A stretch of DNA of 64,000 nt from Octopus sinensis (Eukaryota), in contig NC_042998.1 of assembly GCF_006345805.1 (NCBI RefSeq), positions 197,346,001 through 197,410,000 of the forward strand, read 5' to 3'. The position numbers were made by a program, and so were the translations under genes. Below the pieces are notes generated by a model that was not told where the DNA came from, made no database searches, and worked only from the letters and a program-made list of their open reading frames with translations. Of this stretch, positions 38,908-51,040 are shown in pieces (positions within the stretch are counted from its first letter, which is position 1; each line of letters begins with the position of its first letter).

Positions 38908-39302
38908 TCTTCTTTATATATAAAAAAGTGAAGTTGTGTGTCTGTATCCTACGATTTAGATTCCTAACTGCTCCCACATTTTGCAGTTTAACAAAAACCG
39001 GGTATCTTATAGTCGTGATTCATATCGAGCCCTTCTGGGTATTAGCGCGCGTCTACGATGAGTCTACGATTTAAAAAAGAATTTACCATCATTTTTTCCA
39101 TTTTAATGCATTTTTTCGCTATTATATGAGGGAAGTAACTCTCTAAAAATGTCTACGATGAGTCAACGATTTAAAAAAAAATTTACCATAATTTTTTTTC
39201 CATCTTAATGCATTTTTTGCTGTTTTTTGGCTATAACTCCCTAAAAATGCTTATATAGTTATTTCCCTTACAAACCCGAGCAACGCCGGGCGATACTGCT
39301 AG
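38908..39302 (+). mobile_element. Non-autonomous Helitron with an internal ~100-bp duplication
   Basis: A|TC start, CCCGAGCAACGCCGGG hairpin, CTAG|T end; the tctacgatgagtc..aatgcattttt block is present twice. Confidence 0.8.
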
Positions 39303-39719
39303 TATACTTATAAATATACACAAATTTTAATATGTACACACATACACATTATATATAATGTCTATAAATACATTTATTTACACATGCACATACTTATAAC
39401 AGGACGAGAATATTTCATTATACCCTATATCAAACCGGTGAACTAAATTTCCATCTTTGAGAATAATATGATTCCAAAGGCCACAGATGTGTGTGGGTGG
39501 GGGAATAATCGATGAAATCGACATCGGAAGATTGAAGACACGACACGACACACAAGTATAGGATTTTCTTCAATATGTTGCTTTCCTATTGAAGAGAATA
39601 TTACAGGATGAAGAGAATATATGGCTGCTGCTTCTAGCAAAGAAGCATATTATTTGAAGCAGGTGCCCGAAGGAACCTTCTTAATCCCTTTCTTCGATGT
39701 GACCACCACCACCATCATA

Positions 39720-39850
39720 TATTTCTTTATTGCCCACAAGGGGCCAAACAAGAACAGACAAAGGGTTCAAGTTGATTACATCGACCCCGGTGTGAAACTG
39801 GTACTTTATTTATCGACCCCGAAAGGATGAAAGGCAAAGTCGACCTCGGC
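39720..39850 (-). mobile_element. SINE B 3' fragment
   Basis: Core plus tail only. Confidence 0.75.
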
Positions 39851-40232
39851 ATCATAACTTGCAGATACCACCACCATTATAACTTGCAGATACACAGACG
39901 AGCTAACACTGAAGCCACTACATGGTCTCTTAATTGCTAGAAATAGATGGCCATATTTCCCTATCGTATTGAAAATGGTAGTTTTTGGTAGATTTATAGT
40001 TATAAAAAATTTACCGAGTTTTCCACGGCTAGATGCTTTTGACTATAAATCAACTAATTTCACAGAAAGGGGAACCTTAAACCTGCTAGTAATAGCAGCA
40101 CTCCTAAATTTGTCATATTGTAATTATAAATGCCGACTGATGGACAAGTTGTTTCAAAACGTGAAAAGAAGACAATGTATGTGTATATGGTGGAGATTGT
40201 AGACTGGACAGTTGAATAAAAAGCAACAGGGA

Positions 40233-40388
40233 TGGTATATTGCCGAGGTCGACTTTGCCTTTCATCCTTTCGGGGTCGATAAATTAAGTACCAGTTACGC
40301 ACTGGGGTCGATGTAATCAACTTAATCCCTTTGTCTGTCCTTGTTTGTCCCTTCTGTGTTTAGCCCCTTGTGGGTAGTAAAGAAATAT
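40233..40388 (+). mobile_element. SINE B 3' fragment
   Basis: Core plus tail only; inverted relative to 39720-39850. Confidence 0.8.
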
Positions 40389-40897
40389 ATATTGTTACTC
40401 TACATATTTCGTTGCTGGGTGACCACTTAGAAACGTTAGGGAACTGGGCACCTTTTGTGACCCTTTTTTTGCATAAAGTCATATTGTTAGATCATGGCTT
40501 AGAGCTTGTTATTCTAAATAAAAAAAAAACAAGTCAGTAAAGAAAATAATATAAAATAAGTCAGAAAAGATAGTAAAATAAAAGAAAAGAACTTTGTGAA
40601 TAGGTAAAGTATCTTATTGTTTGAGTTCGAACCCCGCCTGGATTAATCAATTATTTTTTCCCATCATTAAAAGGTTCGTTAAAAATAAAAATAAACGAAC
40701 ATAAAATAGATAACGGAATTTATTCAAATAACAAAAAAAAAAAACCTTGTATATATTTGTAAATATTGGGAAGAAACTGGTATAATAAACATAAAATTTA
40801 AACACTTGTTTTTAGACTGTTTTTCTTTTCTTCCCCCCTTTGTTCTTTTTGTTTGCATTCAAAAACCTACGCCTTTTCCCAGGTGCGTGTATATATA

Positions 40898-40941
<44 letters not shown>

Positions 40942-41413
40942 GGGTGGATCAAAGTGTCTGTACGTTTACAATATACACGTTTTGTATGCGTGGGTATCCA
41001 GAAAACCACAACTCCCTTCAACTGCAATTTACATATACTTATGCAGGCAGTAATTCTGTTACTAGGCTCTGTGCCCCCCCACTCATACACCAATATACAT
41101 CATCCTCACAATACAAAAACACCAAATAACATTTCACACGATACTTACAAGCCATACATATATACATATATAAATATAGATAATATATATATATGGGGTT
41201 AGCAAAAAAACATTGCTTCATCCAGCAAGAGATGAATATAATTTAATATACACCAGATTTAAACAGGGCTACTGTATTCCATTCTTACAAGAGGCTTTTA
41301 ATCCTGTGCGCGTGTGTGTGTGTATATAAATATATATACATATGTAAAAAAAACATAATATATATATGTGTGTGTGTGTGTGTGTATATGAGAGTATATG
41401 TTATATATATATA

Positions 41414-41448
<35 letters not shown>

Positions 41449-41531
41449 TTAAAATCACAATAAGGGTGAGAAAATTGAATATTAATTAATAACAAGCGTT
41501 AGAGTGACCACATGTGGTCCCTCTCTTGTTG

Positions 41532-41587
<56 letters not shown>

Positions 41588-41625
41588 AGAGAGAGTATAT
41601 ATATATGTGTGTGTATATCACCTAC

Positions 41626-41746
41626 CTCAGAATGTACTGAACTCCAAGACTTCTTTGGAACCTTGATTCTATTATTCCGGAGAGAGTTTATGATGTAAGA
41701 ACGAAGGATTTGGACTTCTTCGTTATTCAAATCGAAGAATTCCATC
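41626..41746 (-). CDS. Candidate coding exon of an unidentified gene (MEFFDLNNEEVQILRSYIINSLRNNRIKVPKKSWSSVHSE)
   Basis: Acceptor tatttcag|G, ATG at 41745, 40 open codons of non-repetitive composition, donor GAG|gtaggt; protein not recognised. Confidence 0.45.
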
Positions 41747-41799
41747 CTGAAATATTTCAGTTTTTTTTTTTTGTCTCTCTTTTATTATTTCGTTTTGTT

Positions 41800-42560
41800 T
41801 TTTTGTTTTTCTTTCTTTCCAAAAACAAACTCCAAAACACAGTCTTTCGTCTGAAATTCTTTGATTTTAATGCTTGTTGCTCGTTATGAGGATCTCTTTT
41901 TGAACGGAGCGCTTTTCAAATCCATGTAACCAACGTATACACACCTACACACTTATCAGGGTGTATATATATATATATATATTTTATATTATAGTGTATT
42001 GCAGTGTATAAAGGGAGAGGGAAAAGCACGTAGAGACGAAACTAGTGCGAATTGTGTCCAGGGATAAGAAACAAAGGTTTGCTTCAAACGGTTTTTTCTT
42101 TTCTCCGACAGATTCGGAATTGGTTTCGTGAAGAGATTCTTTCTGTTGACCTCAAAAAAAAAACGGTTCAATTATTTTTTGTCACATATATATATATATA
42201 TAGATTAACTGGAAGATCCAATTAGTCGTTAGCAATGCATTGGTAAGGTTTTATGTTGTTTATGGTAAGGCCATTAAAAGCATTTGTGGTGGTGATGAAA
42301 AAAGAGGAAAACCCAGGAGGAGGAGGTCTGGATGCTGCTTGCGTCTCCGTCTCGAGGAGGGAAACTGAAATTCTTCGCTGCTGCTGATGCTTGCTTGCTG
42401 CTGCAAATGGAGCTGACCTCTGGCGGCAGAAATCGGCGTCGCCAGAGAAACACGGGAGATAACCAGGAAATTAGCAAGTTGCAGCCTAATTTAATTGCCC
42501 TGATCGGTGCGTGATTCGTAGAAGTCCGCTATGAATTGTATTAACGTTAACGATCCTAAT
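41800..42560. promoter_or_regulatory. CpG-richer non-repetitive zone, putative promoter or 5' region
   Basis: Visibly more CG dinucleotides than unique DNA elsewhere (not computed); contains a 10-bp GC hairpin (42418-42447) and TAATT motifs. Confidence 0.4.
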
Positions 42561-42864
42561 TCCCCACCCCCACCCCACCCATTAAGCAAATGATTTTTAG
42601 CTCAATAGAGGGCAATTGATAGGTTAAAATTCGAAAAATCAAACTACGTTAAACTTACAAATTACAATTTTCTCAAGAGAAAAAAAATGTTTTATTTTGA
42701 CACATTCTACCAGTATACGAAGTTTAAAAGTGTTTAGTTAACTAGAAATTGTGTTGACATGTGCCGTTCAAAAGGAAAAGATCCGAGAAAGAAAAAAAAA
42801 GAGATTTGATATCAACATATATTAGCAACTGTGCTGCATTAAATAACGGTATCTAAACACAGAT

Positions 42865-43250
42865 AAGGCGGCGAGCTGGCAGAATCGTTAGCACGCCGGA
42901 CGAAATGCGTAGCCGTTACGTTCTGAGTTCAAATTCCACCGCGGTCGACTTTGCCTTTCTTCCTTTCGAGGTCGATAAATTAAGTACCAGTTACGCACTG
43001 GGGTCGATATAATCGACTTAATCCGTTTGTCTTCTCCGTGTTTAGCCCCTTGTGGGTAGTAAAAAAATAGGTATTTCGTCTGTCGTTACATTCTGAGTTC
43101 AAATTCCGCCAAGGTCGACTTTGCCTTTCATCCTTTCGAGGTCGATAAATTAAGTACCAGTTACGCACTGGGGTCGATATAATCGACTTAATCCATTTGT
43201 CTGTCCTCTCTGTGTTTAGCCCCTTGTGGGTAGTAAAGAAATAGGTATGT
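42865..43250 (+). mobile_element. SINE B dimer
   Basis: Junction aaatag|gtatttcgtc at about 43070. Confidence 0.85.
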
Positions 43251-43984
43251 AAACACAGATATGAGATATACATAGAAGTGAGGAATAATCTATAACTCCT
43301 ATCACATCGTGGATGTTTTACAAAGAATATAATGAATTTGTAGAATGATATCTACACAAGACGTCTTGCACTACTTATGTACCTTTATGTTCTCAGTTCA
43401 AGTCACAACAAGAACGACTTTCCTTCCCTATGGGGTAAATTAAGTAAATATCAATCAAGAACGGATGTCTAAGATACAACCAATATTAAATCAACCCATA
43501 TATTTGACTGGTTTATTTGTGGACACTGGAAAGACAACAGACAAAACTTAACTCCGGTGGAATTTCAATTCAGAACGTAAAAGGCTCTAATTAAATGCTG
43601 TAAAACCGACGATTCTACCGCTTTCCTTATTTTGTTATGTAGACTGGATCATCTCTAATCAAACAGACTTAAAATCAAGAGACACTGAAGGCAACTGTGA
43701 CCACCCCATCCTTTGATTTTTAGATACAGTATAACTAGGGTCACATTTAATGTATCCTCTTTTAAGATGGCACATTTGGCTGCTGTTTCTAGCAAGTTGA
43801 ATGACCACATAAAGCTGGGGGGGGGGGCACCAAACTATGGCCCAAGTACCGGATCTGTCCTGCCGCCGCACTGTACATTTTGTGTAAGTACCTGCAATGG
43901 CAGTTCATTCCTGCAGCGATCATGTTTTAACTTGCATTGCCGTGTTTAAACCGGTTTGAAGAGTGCCGTAGATAAAAGGAGCTG

Positions 43985-44150
43985 ACTTCAGAGAATTATG
44001 TGATCAGCCTTCCAGCAAGTTCAGTTGTGCGGAGAATAGAAGAACTTGGAGAGAACCTAGTGCTGCAGACATGCAGGAAAGCTAGGAACTTCTTGTGGTT
44101 CTCTGGAGCTGGATGAGTCTACTGATCTCTCGAGTATGTCAACTCAATGA
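43985..44150 (+). mobile_element. hAT (Charlie/Buster/SPIN-like) transposase relic
   Basis: Translates to ISLPASSVVRRIEELGENLVLQ..SLELDESTD, resembling ISLSRRTVTRRIE..FSLALDESTD of this family. Confidence 0.7.
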
Positions 44151-44258
44151 TCAAAAACCTACCCCACTTTTTTTTTTTCTCCCCATAAAGAAAAGCTCTA
44201 CTTTGTAATCTGCCCCGTCTGTGTGCAGCCCTGTGTGGCTAATAAAGAAAATTATCTA

Positions 44259-44681
44259 TCTCTTTACTCTTTTACTCTTTTACTTGTTTCAGTCATTTGA
44301 CTGCGGCCATGCTGGAGCACCGCCTTTAGTCGAGCAAATCGACCCCGAGACTTATTCTTTGTAAGCCCAGTACTTATTCTATCGGTCTCTTTTTGCCGAA
44401 CCGCTAAGTGACAGGGACGTAAACACACCAGCATCGGTTGTCAAGCAATGCTAGGGGGACAAACACAGACACACAAACATATACACACACACTTATATAT
44501 ATATATATACATATATACGACAGGCTTCTTTCAGTTTCCGTCTACCAAATCCACTCACAAGGCATTGGTCAACCCGGGGCTATAGCTGAAGACACTTGCC
44601 CAAGATGCCACGCAGTGGGACTGAACCCGGAACCATGTGGTTGGTTAGCAAGCTACTTACCACACAGCCACTCCTGCGCCT
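44259..44681 (-). mobile_element. SINE A
   Basis: Full-length match to the family. Confidence 0.9.
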
Positions 44682-44858
44682 ATCTGCCTGTCTTTTGCTG
44701 TTTTTACTGTGATCTCTCGCCCAATACACGAGTAACCTTAACAATACAGAAGCCCTGCACCATTCAGTTTCCTCCATTCAATCATTTAAAAAATTGTTGA
44801 ATGATTATTTTCTTACAGCCATTTTAAAATGCATTTAATTATCGAACAATTATGTGAA

Positions 44859-45259
44859 CAGGAGTGGCTGTGTGGTAAGTAGCTTGCTAACCAACCACAT
44901 GGTTCCGGGTTCAGTCCCACTGCGTGGCATCTTGGGCAAGTGTCTTCTGCTATAGCCTTGGGCCGACCAAAGCCATTGTGAGTGGATTTGGTAGACGGAA
45001 ACTGAAAGAAGCCTGTCGTATATATATGTATATATGTATGTGTGTGTGTTTGTGTGTCTGTGTTTGTCCCCCTAGCATTGCTTGACGACCGATGCTGGTG
45101 TGTTTACGTCCCTGTCACTTAGCGGTTCTGCAAAAGAGACTGATAGAATAAGTACTGGGCTTACAAAGATTAAGTCCCGGGGTCGATTTGCTCGACTAAA
45201 GGCGGTGCTCCAGCATGGCCGCAGTCAAATGACTGAAACAAGTAAAAGAGTAAAAGAGT
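44859..45259 (+). mobile_element. SINE A
   Basis: Nearly full-length; head-to-head with 44259-44681. Confidence 0.9.
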
Positions 45260-45910
45260 TACAGGAAAATCTCAGACATCCCAATAAAGAAATGTTAAAT
45301 TCACTAAAATTACTGTATATATTGACATTTTTGATAATCAAAATTTCCTCCCTGTGGGTTGTTGTATATAAAGTTGTCTACTGAAATTAAAACAGTTAAA
45401 AACTATGTATTTTTATCTATTAAACACTTCATTTATTTCAATATTGTTTTAACTTTCTATTACTCAATATTCTTTCTTGAATATATATCTCTGTTTTCAT
45501 AAAAGAAAATGCAACTTATTCTGCACATAAAACAACAGATAATGCAATAGTAATAATGATATCTATATTCCATCCTTTTCAGAAGACTTGCCTTCTGGAG
45601 GTCTTTGGGGAATTCCATAACGCAAAGTCTATTTTCTGATTAATTTTTATTTTATGTGGAAGTTAACAGGAAAACGTGTTCCATTTTAGAGAATTTCTTG
45701 TCAGCAAAATCTTCAGGAATGCAATGTTTTCATAATATGGGGGATGCTTGTACTTAAAAAAAATATTAAGAACACAGTGAGTTTTAAAAATAACAAAAGG
45801 AAGATAAAATATTTCAAGAAGGAATTCTTCAAGAAGCTTCTGTGCAGTCTTTCAACCTTCTAAAAATAGCAATCAAATTGCACCTCAAGTGATATTAAAA
45901 AGGACATAAA

Positions 45911-46500
45911 AAATAATAATAATAATAATGAAATTATTGTATACAGTGCTCAGGTGCACCACAACTTGTCAAATGTGCATATAAAGCATATGCAGTAATG
46001 TAAAATGTCTGGGAAGTGAACAGTGTATGAGTCAGATACATGCTTGCGTGTGTATGGAGGGAAGAAAATCAGGTGTAGTGTTGGCGAATCTCAGGAAGCA
46101 TGGAAGTTTTGAAGGATGCAGTGCTCCGACAACTAACAACTGATGCCGGCAGTTTGTTCCATGCTTCAGCAACTCTTAGCATAAAAAAATGTTTCCAAAA
46201 GTCATGGGAGAAGGCTAGCCACTGGATTTGGTTAAAAAGAGATGATGAACGATGGCTAGAAGGATATTGAGTTCTTCATAACCAGCTGATCTAGCAAGCG
46301 GGGCCTCATATCAGTGAGGGGGAGCTGGTGCGCATTGATGCCGTCGAGAGGTAGGCCCTGAAACGTTGCGCATTCTCTCCTGATGACCCCATACACTTGC
46401 TAGCTTCCGGTATACGGAGCTTTTAACTGGTAGCACTTGCATGTGCAAGTTGTTTGCAAGACATCATGTGCTGTTTTCTGACTTTGTAAACATGTCCACG
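45911..46500 (-). mobile_element. CR1/Jockey-group LINE 3' end with (TTA)n tail
   Basis: Minus strand encodes KHFFMLRVAEAWNKLPASVVSCRSTASFKTSM, the CR1-type RT C-terminal motif, then a 3' UTR and a trinucleotide tail. Confidence 0.8.
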
Positions 46501-46986
46501 AGTGTTAGACAGGTGGAGTTTGACATATTGGATTATGTTGTTAGTCCTGGTTGCATTGTATACAAGAAAAAGTTGGAGGGTCATGACTGGAATGTCTTAG
46601 ATCATGTCTTTTCTCAGTGAAGACTGAACTAGATATAAACAACAATAGCAATAACAATAATACCAATAATGCTAAAGTCTATCTTGACATTATATCAGTG
46701 GTTCTCTAACTTTTTGACTTTGTGGTACACAAATTAAAAAAAAAAACTCTCTGGTACAATTTTGCATGGGAAGTTTAAAATTACTGGCAGAGTTTGCATA
46801 AAATGCTTTAAAAAAGTTATTTTAAAGTTAAAATCTTAGAAAAAAATCCTGATAACTATTACTTACTTTGTTTTATTACTCATCTGCTTTTCCCTTCAAA
46901 TACTCCCTTCTTTCCCCTTCTCACCTTAGTTTATTACCTGCAATTACCCTTTCTTCTATCCACTTTTCTGTTAGACTCATTGGAGA

Positions 46987-47066
46987 AAATTATTGTATAC
47001 AGTGCTCTGACAAGTTGTGGTGCACCTGAGCACTGTATACAATAATTTCATTATTATTATTATTTT
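46987..47066 (+). mobile_element. Very short CR1-family 3' tip with a fold-back inversion
   Basis: gacaagttgtggtgcacctgagcactgtatacaataatttc(att)n, preceded by an inverted copy of its own last 21 nt. Confidence 0.75.
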
Positions 47067-47397
47067 TTAAAATGTATTGGGAGGTCTCTTTTATTTTGTA
47101 GGTTACATAGCAACTTCAGTATGATTATAGAATTGAGAAGAGCCTTTGGTTTTGTCTTGTTCAAGGCACAACAACCTGTCTTGTCAGGTCCTATAACAAA
47201 CTACACGCAATAACTTCTGTAAAGTGATTGATGTTAGGAAGGGCATCCTCTTATAAAAACCATGCTGAAACAGAATGTACAAGCAAGATGTGGCCCCTAT
47301 CAAACCCATCTCGGAGCACAATAACTCTAAAAGGGAGCTAACTACTAACTTGGATGGTGACAACTTGTCCAATGCATGCTAGTGTAAGATGTAAACA

Positions 47398-47819
47398 TTA
47401 CCTGTTTCTTTACTACCCACAAGGGGCCAAACACAGAGGGGACGAACAAGGACAGACAAACGGATTAAGTCAATTACATTGACCCCAGTGCGTAACTGGT
47501 ACTTATTTAATTGACGCCGAAAGGTTGAAAGGCAAAGTCGACCTCGGCGGAATTTGAACTCAGAACGTAACGGCAGATAAAATACCTATTTCTTTACTAC
47601 CCACAAGGGGCCAAACACAGAGAGGACAAACAAGGACAGACAAACGGATTAAGTCGATTACATCGACCCCAGTGCGTAACTGGTACTTATTTAATCAACC
47701 CTGAAAGGATGAAAGGCAAAGTCGACCTCGGCGGAATTTGAACTCAGAACGTAGCGGCAGACGAAATACCGCCAAGCATTTCGCCCGGCGTGCTAACATT
47801 TCTGCCAGCTCGCCGCCTT
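47398..47819 (-). mobile_element. SINE B dimer
   Basis: Same junction near 47585. Confidence 0.85.
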
Positions 47820-48059
47820 AAATATGTAGACATTACCATGATGATGATGGTAGCATCAGTGATGAAGATGACAATGATACTTCTGTATAACAAAATTATG
47901 AATACCACATGCTTTCAAGATGCACAAACATTAAAATGGATTTTATAAAGACTTAAATTATGGTTTTTAAAATTTTTGGTTCACCTTAATTTCCATTGTG
48001 GGGCACAATTTCAGCATTAGGGCTTCTCTATTTTCTCTGTCTATGCTTAACTATCATCT

Positions 48060-48196
48060 AATATTCTTCATCGTCATTGGCATTGTCATTGTTGATGTAG
48101 TTGACATCGTCATTGTCATCATTATCATCGTCATCATCATCATCGTCATCGTCGTTGTCGTTGTCATCAGCATCATCGTCGTCATCATCATCATCG

Positions 48197-48240
<44 letters not shown>

Positions 48241-48660
48241 GTCATCATCATTGTCGTCGTCGTTGTTGTCGTCATCATCATCATCATCATCATTGTTGTC
48301 GTTGTCGTCGTTATCGTCATCGTCATCATCATCAATATCATCATCATCATCATCATCATTTAATGTCCATTTTCTATGCTGGCATGGATCGATCAGTTTA
48401 GCAGGAGCTAGTGTGTGCCAGAACCAAACTCCAGTATCTGTTTTAGACATGGCTTCTATGGCCAGATGCCCTACCTCATGCCAACCAATTTACAGATTGT
48501 ACCAGATGCTTTTCATGTGATACTGGCACTAGTAAAATCACCAAGAAACTCATAAGACAAGACCCCTTTAACTGAGTGGGGTGTAATATTGAGGAAAGTG
48601 GTTTTATGTCAGATGATGAGATGTTAAAGTATAACAGAGGGACAGAAACAGGTCTTCTTA
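48060..48660 (-). mobile_element. Old family C-like copy with its tail expanded into a ~300-bp (GAT/GAC)n tract
   Basis: taatgtccattttctatgctggcatgg directly follows the (ATC)n array at 48060-48360. Confidence 0.6.
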
Positions 48661-48914
48661 CTGTAGGGAAATATGGGTTATCTCAGCTGAAAAAGGAAGA
48701 AGATCGAGGTGGAGATGTGTGAAACTGTCCTCTCAAGTTACAGAAAGGTGAATATAAGAGAAGTGGCACGGATGGGTAAGAGGTTAGGAGGAGTGTAAAG
48801 CTGAGTGGCAGATGGGTATAGAGGAGAATGCAATGAGTGCTGAACATGGTAGGGGGCATGGTCAATCACGAACATTCTTTCTTAATCCAGTTCATTTTAT
48901 TGTTCCATACATCA

Positions 48915-49189
48915 TCATTATCACCATCATTGTTTAACGTCCGCTTTCCATGCTAGCATGGCTTGGACGATTTTGACTGAGGGCTGGCGAACCAGATGGC
49001 TGCACCAGGCTCCAATCTTGATTTGGCAGAGTTTCTACAGCTCGATGCCCTTCCTAACGCCAACCACTCCGAGAGTGTAGTGGGTGCTTTTTACATGCCA
49101 CCGGCATGGAGGCCAGTCAGGCGGTACTGGCAATGACCTTGCTCGAATCTTTTTACACATGCCACCGGCACAGGTGCCAGTAAGGCAAC
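48915..49189 (-). mobile_element. Family C copy
   Basis: Family tail plus two modules. Confidence 0.85.
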
Positions 49190-49515
49190 GCAAGGGCAAA
49201 GACCCTCTTCAGTCTTGAATGACCATTGGATTGTACCTAGAAAGTTACCCTCCAAGGCACAAGTCTGGGCAAAGTTGTTTATGGATGACCAGTAGTCGCC
49301 CAATGATACTGACACTGTCCAAGGGAAAGGCAAAGGGGCCGATACAACTTGGCACCAGTGACATCACAACTCGTTTCTACAGCTGAGTGAACTGGAGCAA
49401 TGGGAAATAGAGTGTTTTGCTCAAAAACACAATATACAGCCCAGTCAGAGAATTGAACTCACTACCTTATGATTGTGAGCCTGATGCCCTAACCACTGAG
49501 CCATGTGCCCTCACT
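49190..49515 (-). mobile_element. SINE J-related copy with a different tail (tail also at 61730-61820, plus strand)
   Basis: Same head and core as 53762-54023; the 3' part matches 61730-61820. Confidence 0.7.
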
Positions 49516-49771
49516 ATACAAATATACTCTGATTGTTTTTTAATCCCAGACCTTATGGAGAAGACTTAGTGGTGAAGACATTACTACCATGACCATCCCA
49601 TCTTTCATTCAGCTTTAGCATGTCCAGGACTATATTATGCAAAATATCCTCTTTTTAGATTGTGAAGTATTGTGGGAAGAGAGATTTGGTTGCTGTTTCT
49701 TGGAAGTTGAACAACCATGTAAAGACTCCCTCCACTCATTCCTACACTATTTTATATCTTTTTTTTATCTT

Positions 49772-50016
49772 CAACTTGTTTCAGTCATTAGACTGTGGCC
49801 ATGCTGGGGCACTGCCTTGAAGGACTTCAGTCAAAAGAATTGACTCCAGTACTTAGTTTTTAAGCCTGGTACTTATTTTACTGATTCCTGTTGCTGAACT
49901 GCTAGGTCATGAGGATGTAAACATACCAACATCGGTTGTCAAATGGTGGTGGTAGTGGAGAAACACAGACACAAAGACACACACACACATGCACACATGC
50001 ACATGTATGCGCACAT

Positions 50017-50063
<47 letters not shown>

Positions 50064-50238
50064 AACACACACACACACGATGGGCTTTTTTTCAAAATCT
50101 GTCTGCCAAATCCACTTAGAAAGGCTTTGGTTGGCTCAAGGTTATAGTACAAGACACTTGTCCAAGGTGCCACGCAGTGGGACTGAACCCAGAACCATGT
50201 CGTTGGGAAGCAAGCTTCTAATCACACAGCCCTACCTA
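49772..50238 (-). mobile_element. SINE A-related, old diverged copy with expanded (CA)n
   Basis: Collinear diverged head, microsatellite and tail. Confidence 0.7.
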
Positions 50239-50566
50239 CACCTCTTGTGTTCAATCTACACAGATAAAGTATACACAGTAGCGTTGGAATAACAATAATT
50301 AAGAACAATGAAATGACCCACAAGCACACATATACAATTATTATAATTATTATTAATGACGTAAATGTTTACCCTTATCTTTATCAGACAATCCTGTTGA
50401 TTTACCTCCATGCCTTCCTTAATTACAGCAGAATATTGTTGGTTTAGATATTGTGAACAAGAGGTATCAACTGTTTCGATCAATTTAATGCAAGTTAATG
50501 AGGTAACCTCTACATGGTTATATCACTCGCTAGAAGTAGTAACTGAATTATACCAAACTATCTTAA

Positions 50567-51040
50567 CCCTTTCGTTACCAACCCGGCTGAAACTGGGTCT
50601 GGCTCTAAGTACAAATGTCTTGTTTTCATAAGTTTTGAATTAAAATCTTCCACCAAACCTTAGTCACAATTTATGTTCCTAACACTAGCTGAATGATAAC
50701 GAAGTTATTTTACTAAATTCTTTGTTATATTTAAAGTAATTGAGAGAAACACAGAACATCTCAAAATAAATACAGTAACGAAAGGGGTAAAATATATAAT
50801 AGAGAAACTATTCTTAACCCTTTTGTTACCAACCCGGCTGAAACCAGCTCTGGACTCTGCAGTACAAATGTCTTGTTTTCATAAGTTTTGAACTAAAATC
50901 TTCCACCAAACCTTAGTCACAATTTATGTTCCTAACACTAGCTGAATGATAACGAAGTTATTTTACTAAATTCTATGTTATATTTAAAATTAATTGAAAG
51001 AAACAGAGAGCATCTCAAAATAAATATAGTAATGAACAGG
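50567..51040. mobile_element. MITE E dimer with a 23-bp linker (50791-50813)
   Basis: Two head-to-tail units, with outer TTAA at 50563-50566 and 51041-51044. Confidence 0.88.

Noticed and set aside
39436-39585. Possible second exon (50 codons, ESNILKKILYLCVVS..) in phase with 41626-41746
   Set aside because: Good acceptor but weak donor (gtttga), an in-frame stop right after it, and no recognisable homology; unresolved without RNA data.
42274-42514. Overlapping 60-67-aa ORFs in the CpG-rich zone
   Set aside because: Short ORFs are expected by chance in locally GC-richer sequence; no recognisable domain.
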